Source: a virus. From it: a stretch of 64,000 nt of DNA. The notes under the pieces were generated by a model. It was given only the letters and a program-made list of their open reading frames with translations. It was not told where the DNA came from and did no database searches. The translations under genes and the position numbers were made by a program. This document shows, one piece after another, positions 31,005 to 40,088 of the stretch. The stretch lies in IMG/VR virus record IMGVR_UViG_3300034190_002630, one strand, 5' to 3'. Position 1 is the stretch's first letter; every line of letters starts with the position of its first letter.

Positions 31005-31761
31005 GATTATTGTCGGTGGATGTAGTTTTACAGATAAAGATTTTTCAATAAAAACAAAACCTAAAATTAATCCGTTTCCAAGTTGGCCTGAACAGTTAGC
31101 AAAGAAAACAGGCAAAGAAGTTATTAACACTGCAAAGTGTGGATCAGGTAATCGTAGAATTTATCAAACAGTTTTGAATGAAATAATAAAACATGATGAC
31201 GTAGAGCAAGTTATCATAGGTTGGTCTGAATGGACTAGACAAGATTTTTTAGTGAAAGAAGGTCGTAATAAAGATGGTTGGCATTCAGTTATACCAAGAA
31301 AACCTGATACAAAAGATCGTGCAAACTTTGTAAAAGTTGTTGATCAAGAAGTTTTGTTTGATTTTTATATGAACGCTTTTAATTTTGATTATCCGACACC
31401 AAGTCAGATTGTTGATGAAAATTTAAATCATTTCTATTCACTACAATGCATATGCAAAGAAAGAAATATTAAACTCAGTATGTTTCAAATGTTTTATCCG
31501 ATAAATGGAATATTTAATGATGATGAGAGAACTAACTTATATCAAATGGCTTTTGTAAAGAGTATGTTATCAAATCCATTATTACTTGAAATGGATGACA
31601 CTTTTTGGGGTTGGCCTATATTTGAACATATTGGAGGTAAGAATCTAATGAGACATCTTGATAAGAAAAATATGTGGAAAGAAGTAAGTCATTTTGATGC
31701 TCATCCTAATGAAGAAACTCATAAAAATATCATGGAACTTATATATGGTGTGACAAGTTGA
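30988..31761 (+). CDS. SGNH/GDSL-like hydrolase or acyltransferase
   Basis: GGCSFT, SWP, N.A..GSGN, C-terminal DAHPN (DxH). Confidence 0.6.
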   Translation: MSKSSKIIVGGCSFTDKDFSIKTKPKINPFPSWPEQLAKKTGKEVINTAKCGSGNRRIYQTVLNEIIKHDDVEQVIIGWSEWTRQDFLVKEGRNKDGWHSVIPRKPDTKDRANFVKVVDQEVLFDFYMNAFNFDYPTPSQIVDENLNHFYSLQCICKERNIKLSMFQMFYPINGIFNDDERTNLYQMAFVKSMLSNPLLLEMDDTFWGWPIFEHIGGKNLMRHLDKKNMWKEVSHFDAHPNEETHKNIMELIYGVTS

Positions 31762-31817
31762 CACATAAATAGTTTTAAAATGCCCGATAATACTAGGATT
31801 TTTAAGACCTATTTAAC

Positions 31818-31860
31818 CCTTGACAATCACCCCATATACCTGTCATTATATAATTAGATG
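31818..31860 (+). promoter_or_regulatory. Conserved early-type promoter, copy 1
   Basis: CCTTGACAAT-N9-TACCTG-N2-ATTATATAATTAGATG; aligns without gaps to 34105-34147. Confidence 0.7.
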
Positions 31861-34098
31861 ATGACTAAAAAATCCACAATTGCGAAACTTCTCTCTGAAG
31901 AGAATATTATTGTTAGACATAAAAAAGCAGATACTGCTTCATTTAATGTTGAAACAAGAGAGTTAGTTTTACCTATATTCAAAGAAGAAATTAGTAATGA
32001 TGTTTATGACATGTTTGTTTGTCATGAAGTTGGTCATGCATTATATACACCTATGGATTTATTAGAGAGAGGTGTTCATCAAGGTATTAATCATTCTGTT
32101 ATCAATGTTTTAGAGGATGCTCGTATTGAGAAAATGTTTCAAAAGAAATACCCTGGTTCAGTAAAAAATTTCAAACAAGGTTACAAAGAATTAGTAGAAG
32201 GTGACTTCTTCAAATTAAAAGATAAAGATTTATCTAAATTAAATATTATTGATAAGATTAATATCTTTTACAAAACTGGTCTTATTGGTAATGTAAATGA
32301 AGAAGAACAAAAATTTATTGACGAAGTTGATACTTTAAAAAGTGTTGAAGACGTAATATCACTTGCCGCAAGATTATCTCAGTATCACAAAGAACAACAA
32401 AAAGATCAAGATGGTGATGGTCGACAAGATCAGTCAGGCAATCAAGAACAAGAAGAAACTGGTAGTCAATCTCAATCAGATCAATCAGAGTCAAGTGAAG
32501 GTCAAGAACAAGTTCAAAGTTCAGAGGGTTCAGAAGAGTCTGAAGAAAAAATTGATGAGGGTGCATCTGAGTCTGAAGAAAAAATTGATGAGGGTGCATC
32601 TGAGTCTGATAGTGGTGAGGAAGAGTCAAAAGATGATTCAAACGATGTAGGATCACAAGGTGCAGGTCTAGGAAATGGTGGCGAGCTTAAATCATCTACT
32701 GATAAAGCATATCAAGATGCCATGAACAAAAACAATGATACTGATGCAAAAGATAGAATCTATACTCAAACACCTAAAAAATTAAACTTAAATAAATTAA
32801 TCTATTCTCACAAAGAGATTGCTGACGATTTGATAGAAACATATACAAATAAACATAATGAGGCATTTGATGCTTACATACATGAAGACTATAAAAAAGT
32901 TTTTAATGATAACAAAAAAGTTGTTCAATATATGGTCAAAGAGTTTGAAATGAAAAAGTCTGCTGATCAATACAAAAGAGCATCTACTTCCAAGACTGGT
33001 TCTCTTGATATGACTAAATTACACAACTATAAATTTGACGAAGACTTATTTGCAAAAATGACTACTTTGCCTGGAGCGACTAATCATGGTATGATCATGT
33101 ATCTTGATTGGTCTGGTTCAATGGCAGATAACATGAGATTTACTTTGATACAGTTATTCAATCTAATTTGGTTTTGTCAGAGAGTAAAGATACCTTATCA
33201 AGTTCTTGCATTTACAGATCGTATTCATACAAGTTCACTCAATGAGATTCAAGATGAAGTTGTTGGTGATCATAACTTTCAATATTTACGTTTACTTGAA
33301 TTTTTTTCAAGTGATCAAACAAAACAACAGACTCAAACAATGATGACTAATTTATTAGGTTTCACTAAGGAATGGGCACGTGATACTAATATATATGACG
33401 CAAATCATATATATTCTACTTATGTTCCTAGAAAATACAATCTTGGTGGTACACCATTAAACACTGCTTTATTAACTACATACAGAGTCGTTAAAAGATT
33501 TCAAGAGAAACACAAAGTACAAAAATTAAATATGGTTATCCTAACTGATGGTGAGAGTCATCATCATGAAAGTGTATTTTCACAAAGATCAAGTTTTTGG
33601 AGAAATAGTGAACACAATAAACTTAGTAAACAATTAAATCATAATGATTTTGGTAAAGACTTATATATTCAGTGTTCAGATACTAAAGTTCAAACTCAAC
33701 TTAAAACCTATCAAACTGAGTCTTTCTTAAAATTTGTGAGACTTCAGTTGCCTAATATTTCAATAACAGGTTTCTATGTATCGGGCACTGGTAAACAAGG
33801 TAGAGTGCCTCTTAGAGATATTTGTAGAAAATTTGGATTAAGTGAGTATAGTGATAAAGAAAAGATTGTTGCGGTACAAAAAGAATTAAGAGAGAAGAAA
33901 GTTGCGATATCAAAAGTCGCTGGATTTGATGAGTATTACATATTACCAAGAGGTCCAAAAGAGACCGATGAAGAACAAGAATTGACATTCAAAAAGGGTG
34001 CAAGAGCGGCTGGAATGGCAAGAGAGTTCTTAAAATTTGCTCAGAAAAAGACTTTGAATAGACAATTATTGAATAAATTCATTGAAAAAGTTGCCTAA
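31858..34098 (+). CDS. Metallopeptidase-like + vWA domain protein (CobT-like partner of the MoxR ATPase)
   Basis: HEVGH, NVLEDARIE, acidic linker, MIDAS DWSGS, GGTPL, LTDGE. Confidence 0.8.
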   Translation: MMTKKSTIAKLLSEENIIVRHKKADTASFNVETRELVLPIFKEEISNDVYDMFVCHEVGHALYTPMDLLERGVHQGINHSVINVLEDARIEKMFQKKYPGSVKNFKQGYKELVEGDFFKLKDKDLSKLNIIDKINIFYKTGLIGNVNEEEQKFIDEVDTLKSVEDVISLAARLSQYHKEQQKDQDGDGRQDQSGNQEQEETGSQSQSDQSESSEGQEQVQSSEGSEESEEKIDEGASESEEKIDEGASESDSGEEESKDDSNDVGSQGAGLGNGGELKSSTDKAYQDAMNKNNDTDAKDRIYTQTPKKLNLNKLIYSHKEIADDLIETYTNKHNEAFDAYIHEDYKKVFNDNKKVVQYMVKEFEMKKSADQYKRASTSKTGSLDMTKLHNYKFDEDLFAKMTTLPGATNHGMIMYLDWSGSMADNMRFTLIQLFNLIWFCQRVKIPYQVLAFTDRIHTSSLNEIQDEVVGDHNFQYLRLLEFFSSDQTKQQTQTMMTNLLGFTKEWARDTNIYDANHIYSTYVPRKYNLGGTPLNTALLTTYRVVKRFQEKHKVQKLNMVILTDGESHHHESVFSQRSSFWRNSEHNKLSKQLNHNDFGKDLYIQCSDTKVQTQLKTYQTESFLKFVRLQLPNISITGFYVSGTGKQGRVPLRDICRKFGLSEYSDKEKIVAVQKELREKKVAISKVAGFDEYYILPRGPKETDEEQELTFKKGARAAGMAREFLKFAQKKTLNRQLLNKFIEKVA
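32536..32609 (+). repeat. Perfect 33-bp tandem repeat (about 2.2 copies, ESEEKIDEGAS)
   Basis: GAGTCTGAAGAAAAAATTGATGAGGGTGCATCT at 32536 and 32569. Confidence 0.95.
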
Positions 34099-34104
34099 AT
34101 TAGG

Positions 34105-34147
34105 CCTTGACAATATATCAGATTACCTGATATTATATAATTAGATG
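34105..34147 (+). promoter_or_regulatory. Conserved early-type promoter, copy 2
   Basis: Same motif as 31818-31860; TTGACA-18 nt-TATTAT with TGn. Confidence 0.7.
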
Positions 34148-34169
34148 TTGAAAAAGAGAGGTATATATT

Positions 34170-35330
34170 ATGTTAACACCTAAAAAACAAGAGTTCGTTA
34201 ATGCGATGTCTAAAGAATATGGCGAAGGTGCCGTAGTCTCTAGATTTGAGATTAATGAGTTCGCATCTAAGAATGGATTTAACAATCCTTCTTGGTTAAA
34301 GAAACCACAATACAAATGTGGTCACGGTAAGTATCAGTTACCTACCGAAGAATCAGAGGTTACTCAAGTTGTAAGTAAACCTATTCAACCTGTTCAGACA
34401 CCTGAACAGACTTCAGTAAATTTAATTGCTAATGCATTCGAAGTTCAAAACTTAGTTCCTTCAAAGTTCGAAGGTTTTGTTCCTTGGGGTCATTACAATA
34501 CTATCAAACAGATTTCTAAATCTGGTATGTTCTACCCAGTATTTGTTACTGGTCTATCTGGTAACGGTAAAACTTTGATGATCGAACAGATTCACGCTGA
34601 GTTAAAGAAAGAACTTATCAGAGTTAACATCACTATCGAAACAGACGAAGACGATTTACTTGGTGGTTTCAGACTTGTTAACGGTGAGACAAAGTTTGTA
34701 CCTGGGCCTGTTATCGATGCAATGGAAAGAGGTTGTACTCTTTTACTTGATGAGTGCGACTTAGGTTCAAATAAACTTATGTGTTTACAACCTGTCTTAG
34801 AAGGCAAGGGTGTTTATCTTAAAAAAGTAAACAAGTGGGTGACACCTAAACAAGGATTCAATGTGATGGCGACTGCCAACACTAAAGGTAAAGGTTCTGA
34901 AGACGGTAGATTTATCGGAACTAATGTTCTTAACGAAGCATTTCTAGAAAGATTTGCAATCACTATCGAGCAACCTTATGCAGACAAGAAAGTTGAAAGT
35001 AAGATTGTCATCGGTTCTATGAATAAGTATGGCAAAGTCGATGAGAAGTTTGCAGAAAACTTAGTGACTTGGGCAGAGGTTATTAGAAAAACCTTTTACG
35101 AAGGTGGAGTTGATGAGATCATCTCTACCAGAAGACTTGATCACGTTGTCAAGGCATATTCAATCTTCAAAGACAAAGTGAAAGCGATTGACCTTTGTGT
35201 TGCAAGATTTGATGATGACACCAAAGAGTCATTCTTAAATCTTTATTCAAAGATTGATGCTGGGGTGGATGTATCTGCCCCTGCCGTAGAGAATGAAGTC
35301 GAACAAGACGAAGTGGTCGATGAAGAATAA
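34170..35330 (+). CDS. MoxR/CobS-like AAA+ ATPase
   Basis: GLSGNGKT, LLLDECD, ATANTKG, NEAFLERF, ISTRRL. Confidence 0.9.
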   Translation: MLTPKKQEFVNAMSKEYGEGAVVSRFEINEFASKNGFNNPSWLKKPQYKCGHGKYQLPTEESEVTQVVSKPIQPVQTPEQTSVNLIANAFEVQNLVPSKFEGFVPWGHYNTIKQISKSGMFYPVFVTGLSGNGKTLMIEQIHAELKKELIRVNITIETDEDDLLGGFRLVNGETKFVPGPVIDAMERGCTLLLDECDLGSNKLMCLQPVLEGKGVYLKKVNKWVTPKQGFNVMATANTKGKGSEDGRFIGTNVLNEAFLERFAITIEQPYADKKVESKIVIGSMNKYGKVDEKFAENLVTWAEVIRKTFYEGGVDEIISTRRLDHVVKAYSIFKDKVKAIDLCVARFDDDTKESFLNLYSKIDAGVDVSAPAVENEVEQDEVVDEE

Positions 35331-35349
35331 AAAAAGTTTTGTATGGGGG

Positions 35350-35381
35350 TTGACTTTTGAAAGTTAATTCCCATATAAATA
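35350..35381 (+). promoter_or_regulatory. Composite hsp20 promoter (RpoH-like/sigma70-like plus late)
   Basis: TTGACT 35350-55, CCCATAT 35370-76, TATAAATA 35374-81. Confidence 0.5.
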
Positions 35382-35385
35382 TACG

Positions 35386-35438
35386 GAACATGCCGAAAGG
35401 GTGTTCAAATTAACTTGCTTAAAAAGGAGAAAACTATG
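35386..35438 (+). promoter_or_regulatory. ROSE-like RNA thermometer in the hsp20 5'UTR
   Basis: GAAA-loop hairpin 35386-35406; CTTGCTT (35414-20) pairs with AAGGAG SD (35424-29) leaving a bulged G. Confidence 0.6.
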
Positions 35439-35858
35439 AATGACATAACATTCTTTAATAGGCTTAGGCCTTTCACAATTGGTTTCGATGAAGTATTTGA
35501 CACTTTCGAAACTCTTTCAACATCAAACACTTTCAGTAATTCATATCCACCATACGATATTGTAAAAGTAGATGACTACAAATACAATGTGGAGTTGGCT
35601 GTTGCTGGATTTAGTAAAGACGACATTCAAGTCGATTATGCAGATAATACTCTCACAATCGAAAGCAAAAAAGAAACCAAAGAGGAAGAAGACAAATTTA
35701 TCCACAAAGGTATATCTAAGAGATACTTCAAGAGATCATTTACAATCGCAGATGATGTGGTAGTAAATGGTGCCGAACTTAAAGACGGACTCTTGACTAT
35801 TGAATTAGAAAAGATATTGCCTGAGGGTAAAAAACCTAAGACTATTGAGATTAAATAG
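35436..35858 (+). CDS. hsp20: Small heat-shock protein (Hsp20/IbpA-like)
   Basis: IGFD, YPPYDI, ELAVAGF, HKGISKR.F.RSF, A.LKDGLLTI. Confidence 0.95.
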   Translation: MNDITFFNRLRPFTIGFDEVFDTFETLSTSNTFSNSYPPYDIVKVDDYKYNVELAVAGFSKDDIQVDYADNTLTIESKKETKEEEDKFIHKGISKRYFKRSFTIADDVVVNGAELKDGLLTIELEKILPEGKKPKTIEIK

Positions 35859-35868
35859 TTTTTTTAAT

Positions 35869-35896
35869 AAAGGGGGTTGACAATAACCCCCTTTTT
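35869..35896 (+). terminator. Rho-independent terminator after hsp20, containing a TTGACA
   Basis: AAAGGGGGTT-GACAAT-AACCCCCTTT plus T run. Confidence 0.85.
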
Positions 35897-35925
35897 AGTT
35901 TATATTATCTACAAGGAGATTTATT

Positions 35926-36543
35926 ATGGCAAAAGTATTTGATTTACAACCTGGTGGTTTAAAGGACGGTGGTCAAGCAACTTTAAACGAAGAAGAATCT
36001 AACAAACTTACAAAAATTTCAGAAACAAATAAAGAACATGATGATACTAATGCAGGTTTAAAAATAGCACAAAGAAATAAGATTGCCGCTCACTTCATGC
36101 GTGTAGAAATACCTGAACCTATCGTTAATGAGATATGGGAAAATAGAGGTGTCATGTTTCAACCTGGCAATGAGGATATCAAAACAAATTTAGGAAATGT
36201 ATTACATACAATTGCTAAATCATTTATCAAACATAATTATCAACATGATGCAATACCAATTATTGATTTTAATTTATACGAAAATAATACACCACTGCAA
36301 GATATAACAATCACAGATGGTTCAGTATTTCAAATGAGAATGACTTTTGATGATAAGGGTGAAACAGTATTTCAGTGGGGTGACAAGTATGATGATCATC
36401 CATTAAGACCTGATACTTTTGAAAAAGTAAAAAGTGAAAGAGGCATACTACTTGTATATCCAAGTTATGTTAAAATAATTGAAGACAATGTAAAAGATTA
36501 CATGGAAGTAAACGGAAAGTATATCGCACAAGATAATGAGTGA
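35926..36543 (+). CDS. Hypothetical protein
   Basis: 205-aa ORF with AAGGAG SD. Confidence 0.55.
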   Translation: MAKVFDLQPGGLKDGGQATLNEEESNKLTKISETNKEHDDTNAGLKIAQRNKIAAHFMRVEIPEPIVNEIWENRGVMFQPGNEDIKTNLGNVLHTIAKSFIKHNYQHDAIPIIDFNLYENNTPLQDITITDGSVFQMRMTFDDKGETVFQWGDKYDDHPLRPDTFEKVKSERGILLVYPSYVKIIEDNVKDYMEVNGKYIAQDNE

Positions 36544-36850
36544 GTTTACGTATAAAGATATTGTAGATAAAAAAGTATATACTTACAATGAAGACAAGTA
36601 TTTAAAGGAATTGCAAGATTACATTTTAAATACTTACAAACAACACTATTCAAAAAATAAGTTTCAATCAACACAATTTATTTTAGACAGTGGGCATGGT
36701 GAGGGGTTTTGTATTGGTAATATTATGAAATACGCTCAGAGGTTTGGAAAGAAAAATGGTAAGAACAGAAATGACTTGCTTAAAATCTTGCATTATGGTA
36801 TGATTGCACTATACAATCTTGATATGGAGTTAAATAATGAAACTAAATAG
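36536..36850 (+). CDS. DUF3310-like protein (T7 gp1.7-related nucleotide kinase-like)
   Basis: HY...GEGFCIGNIMKYAQRFGKK...DLLKILHY. Confidence 0.65.
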   Translation: MSEFTYKDIVDKKVYTYNEDKYLKELQDYILNTYKQHYSKNKFQSTQFILDSGHGEGFCIGNIMKYAQRFGKKNGKNRNDLLKILHYGMIALYNLDMELNNETK

Positions 36851-37514
36851 TGGAACTTTGAATGTACTAAAAAACTTCGCAACAATTAATCAGAACTTAA
36901 TGATTAAAGAAGGTAGTACAATAACAACAATGTCTGCGATGAAAAACATTGTGGCAAAAGTAAATGTTGAAGAGACATTTCCTAAACAAATAGCAATATA
37001 TGATTTGAATGAATTTTTATCATCTACAAGTTTGTTCAAACAACCTATTATAGATTTTGATGATCAACATCTAACAATTAAAGAAGAGAATAGTAAAGGT
37101 CAAAAGTTAAAATACTTTTACTCTGATCCTTCGGTAATTACAACACCAAGTAAAATGATTACGATGCCATCAGTTGATGTCACATTTGAACTAACAAGTG
37201 ATGATTTAAATCAACTAAAAAAGGCTGCATCTGTAATACAAGCACCTGATTTAGTTTTTGAAAAGAATGATGAAGGTAGTTTTCTTACTGTCAAAGATAA
37301 GAAAAATGATACTGCAAATAACTTTTCATTAGAAGTAAATCAATCTTCACAAGGTGCTAAGTTTCAGTTCTTTTTCAAAGTAGAAAACTTAAAACTATTA
37401 CCTGGTTCATATGATGTGTCTATCTCATCAAAAAATATAAGTCATTTCAAATCAAAAACAGATAACGTAGAATATTGGATTGCACTTGAACCTGAATCAA
37501 CTTATGAGGTTTAA
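36837..37514 (+). CDS. gp45: Sliding clamp gp45
   Basis: LKNFATINQN, IYDLNEFL, ENLKLLPGSY, YWIALE. Confidence 0.95.
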   Translation: MKLNSGTLNVLKNFATINQNLMIKEGSTITTMSAMKNIVAKVNVEETFPKQIAIYDLNEFLSSTSLFKQPIIDFDDQHLTIKEENSKGQKLKYFYSDPSVITTPSKMITMPSVDVTFELTSDDLNQLKKAASVIQAPDLVFEKNDEGSFLTVKDKKNDTANNFSLEVNQSSQGAKFQFFFKVENLKLLPGSYDVSISSKNISHFKSKTDNVEYWIALEPESTYEV

Positions 37515-37517
37515 GTT

Positions 37518-38453
37518 ATGGATACGTTTCTGTGGGTTGAGAAGTATCGACCAAAAACTGTAAAAGATTGTATCTTACCTAAAAAACTAAAGGATACATT
37601 TCAAGAGTTTGTCAAAGACAAACATATTCCTAATTTAATTTTATCTGGTTCTGCTGGAACTGGCAAAACAACAATTGCAAAAGCAATGGTTGAACAGATT
37701 GGTTCTACTTGGATGATGATAAACGGATCAGAGGAATCTGGTATTGATGTTCTTAGAACTAAGATAAAAAACTTTGCATCAACTGTTTCATTAGAGGGTG
37801 GAAGAAAATATATCATATTAGATGAGGCAGATTATCTAAATCCACAATCAACACAACCTGCTCTTCGTGGTTTCATGGAAGAGTTTCACAAGAACTGTGG
37901 TTTTATTCTCACATGTAATTACAAAAATAGATTGATTGATCCTTTACAATCAAGATGTTCTAATATAGATTTTACAATTAGAAATGGTGAAAGAGTAAAA
38001 CTTGCAGATAAATTTTACAAAAGAGTTCTTGATATTCTGAAGGATGAAAAGATACAATTCAATCCACCTGCTGTTGCAGAATTAATCACTGCTCATTTTC
38101 CCGATTGGCGAAGAGTTTTAAATGAATTACAAAGATATTCTGCGTCTGGTCAAATAGATGCAGGTATATTAATTAATATTAGTAATGAAAACATAAAAGA
38201 ACTAATGAGTTTTGTTAAAAAGAAGGAGTTTACAAATGTTCGTAAGTGGATTGTTAATAATCTTGATAATGATGCCAATAGGATTTTTAGAACGATCTAT
38301 GATTCTCTCTATGATACTATCGACCACTCTACTATCCCACATGCGGTGGTAATACTTGGTGATTATCAGTACAAGTCTGCCTTTGTTGCAGATCAAGAAA
38401 TAAATCTTTTGGCATGTATGACTGAGTTGATGTCACAGGTAAAGTTCAAATGA
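37518..38453 (+). CDS. gp44: Clamp loader large subunit gp44
   Basis: [29 protein letters not shown]. Confidence 0.96.
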   Translation: MDTFLWVEKYRPKTVKDCILPKKLKDTFQEFVKDKHIPNLILSGSAGTGKTTIAKAMVEQIGSTWMMINGSEESGIDVLRTKIKNFASTVSLEGGRKYIILDEADYLNPQSTQPALRGFMEEFHKNCGFILTCNYKNRLIDPLQSRCSNIDFTIRNGERVKLADKFYKRVLDILKDEKIQFNPPAVAELITAHFPDWRRVLNELQRYSASGQIDAGILINISNENIKELMSFVKKKEFTNVRKWIVNNLDNDANRIFRTIYDSLYDTIDHSTIPHAVVILGDYQYKSAFVADQEINLLACMTELMSQVKFK

Positions 38454-39073
38454 ACAAAGAATATGAATCAGTAGATAAGTTTGAAAAAACAATAGCAGAT
38501 TTTTTTGGTGCTCCATATGCAGTTGCCACGGATTGTTGCACGAATGCATTAGAACTTTCTATCAGAATTACAGACTATGCAAATATTAAAGTGCCTGTGC
38601 ATACTTACGTTTCAGTTCCTTACATGCTAATGAAAAATGGTTGGCAGTTTACATTCACTGATGAGAAGTGGAAAGGTTATCATTATCTAACTGATCAAGT
38701 TATAGACGCAGCTGTTTATTGGAAAAAAAACGGATACATACCTGGTACTTTAATGTGTCTTAGTTTTTTTAAACGTAAACATTTATCGACTGATAGAGGT
38801 GGAATAATTTTATTGGATGACAAAGATAAATATGAAGACTTAATCAGATTAGTTTATGATGGTAGAAATAGAAGTGATACACCATATAATAAACAAAAGT
38901 GTGGCATGGGTTATCATTATTACATGACATCTGATAAAGCAAATTTAGGATTACAAAATTTTGAGAAAGTGAAAGATAAAAAACCTATAGAGAAAAATTG
39001 GGATTGGTATACACCAGTTAATCAATACTCTACGGTATTTGGTAATGAAGACATTATTTTTAGTTCAGAGTAA
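38450..39073 (+). CDS. Short DegT/DnrJ/EryC1/StrS PLP-dependent sugar aminotransferase
   Basis: FFGAPYAVATDCCTNAL, VIDAA, CLSFFKRKHL..GG, GYHYYM; lacks the usual C-terminal domain. Confidence 0.75.
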   Translation: MNKEYESVDKFEKTIADFFGAPYAVATDCCTNALELSIRITDYANIKVPVHTYVSVPYMLMKNGWQFTFTDEKWKGYHYLTDQVIDAAVYWKKNGYIPGTLMCLSFFKRKHLSTDRGGIILLDDKDKYEDLIRLVYDGRNRSDTPYNKQKCGMGYHYYMTSDKANLGLQNFEKVKDKKPIEKNWDWYTPVNQYSTVFGNEDIIFSSE

Positions 39074-40088
39074 TACTGGGTATGGTCATATCAATAGAGT
39101 AAAATCATTTTGTGATCATATCAATGAAAATTTAATTATTACAAAACCTGTTCTAGGTCACGACACTGAGTTTTTTGATAAGTGGCATAATGACTTGTTT
39201 GTAAAATATGTTGAGTATAACCCAGACGTGATTGTTACTGAGGGTTTTCCTTTTGGAAGATATGGTTGGCATTCACATTTCAATAAAAATTTAAGAAGAC
39301 ACAAAGGTATCATGGATATCTTAGATCATGCAAAAAACAAAAAGATATATTCTTTAGAGAGAGATATACCATGGATTAGACCAAGTGAAAATTGGTTTCA
39401 TAGTGACATACTAAATGAATATTATGACGGCATAATTTTTCATACTGATAATAATTTTATTGATCCAAAAGAATTTTTACATAATCAAATTATAGATGTT
39501 CCAATAATTAGTTCTTCATATGTCACTAAACCATTTCAATATAATACTCATAGAAATGGATATTTAGTTTCTGGTGGTGATTGGTATCCACATATAGAAA
39601 AATATTACAATGTGGCATTAGATGTAAGGAAAAGAATTGGTGGAGATTGGACATTTATCGTTGGTGATAAAACACCAAATAAATTATTAGATAGATTACA
39701 AAAAGAAAATGTAAATATTGTATCAAGACCAGACACAAATGGTTACAGAGTTTTACTTGCATCTCATGAATTATCGATAAGTCAATTTGGTGCGATGTCA
39801 TTTTTAGATATAAATATCACAAAAACACCTGCGATTATGATCCCAAATGACTTAACATCAAATGATGTATATGATAGTAATGGTGTAGTAATTGATAAAG
39901 AAGAAAATTATAGAGCAAAAAGATATGAACAACTCGGTGGTGGGAAAGTAATATCAATTGATGATGTCACAGTTGACTCTTTGACAGATTCAATTTATAA
40001 AGTTGTTCACTGTAAACCCACCACTTTTGATATGAATGGAGCGAAGTTTGTTAAAGAATTTTTCAACGGAACAAATACAGTCCATTAA
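39045..40088 (+). CDS. GT-B fold glycosyltransferase
   Basis: GYGHINR, PDVIVTEGFPFGR, RDI, VSGG, SISQFG. Confidence 0.75.
   Translation: MKTLFLVQSNTGYGHINRVKSFCDHINENLIITKPVLGHDTEFFDKWHNDLFVKYVEYNPDVIVTEGFPFGRYGWHSHFNKNLRRHKGIMDILDHAKNKKIYSLERDIPWIRPSENWFHSDILNEYYDGIIFHTDNNFIDPKEFLHNQIIDVPIISSSYVTKPFQYNTHRNGYLVSGGDWYPHIEKYYNVALDVRKRIGGDWTFIVGDKTPNKLLDRLQKENVNIVSRPDTNGYRVLLASHELSISQFGAMSFLDINITKTPAIMIPNDLTSNDVYDSNGVVIDKEENYRAKRYEQLGGGKVISIDDVTVDSLTDSIYKVVHCKPTTFDMNGAKFVKEFFNGTNTVH

Noticed and set aside
31858-35330. CobT/CobS as cobalamin-biosynthesis genes
   Set aside because: No CobN or other cob genes in the window; motifs fit a generic MoxR AAA+/vWA pair common in T4-like phages
35926-36543. 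2OG-Fe(II) oxygenase
   Set aside because: The GILLVYPSY segment is reminiscent, but no HxD...H iron ligands are evident
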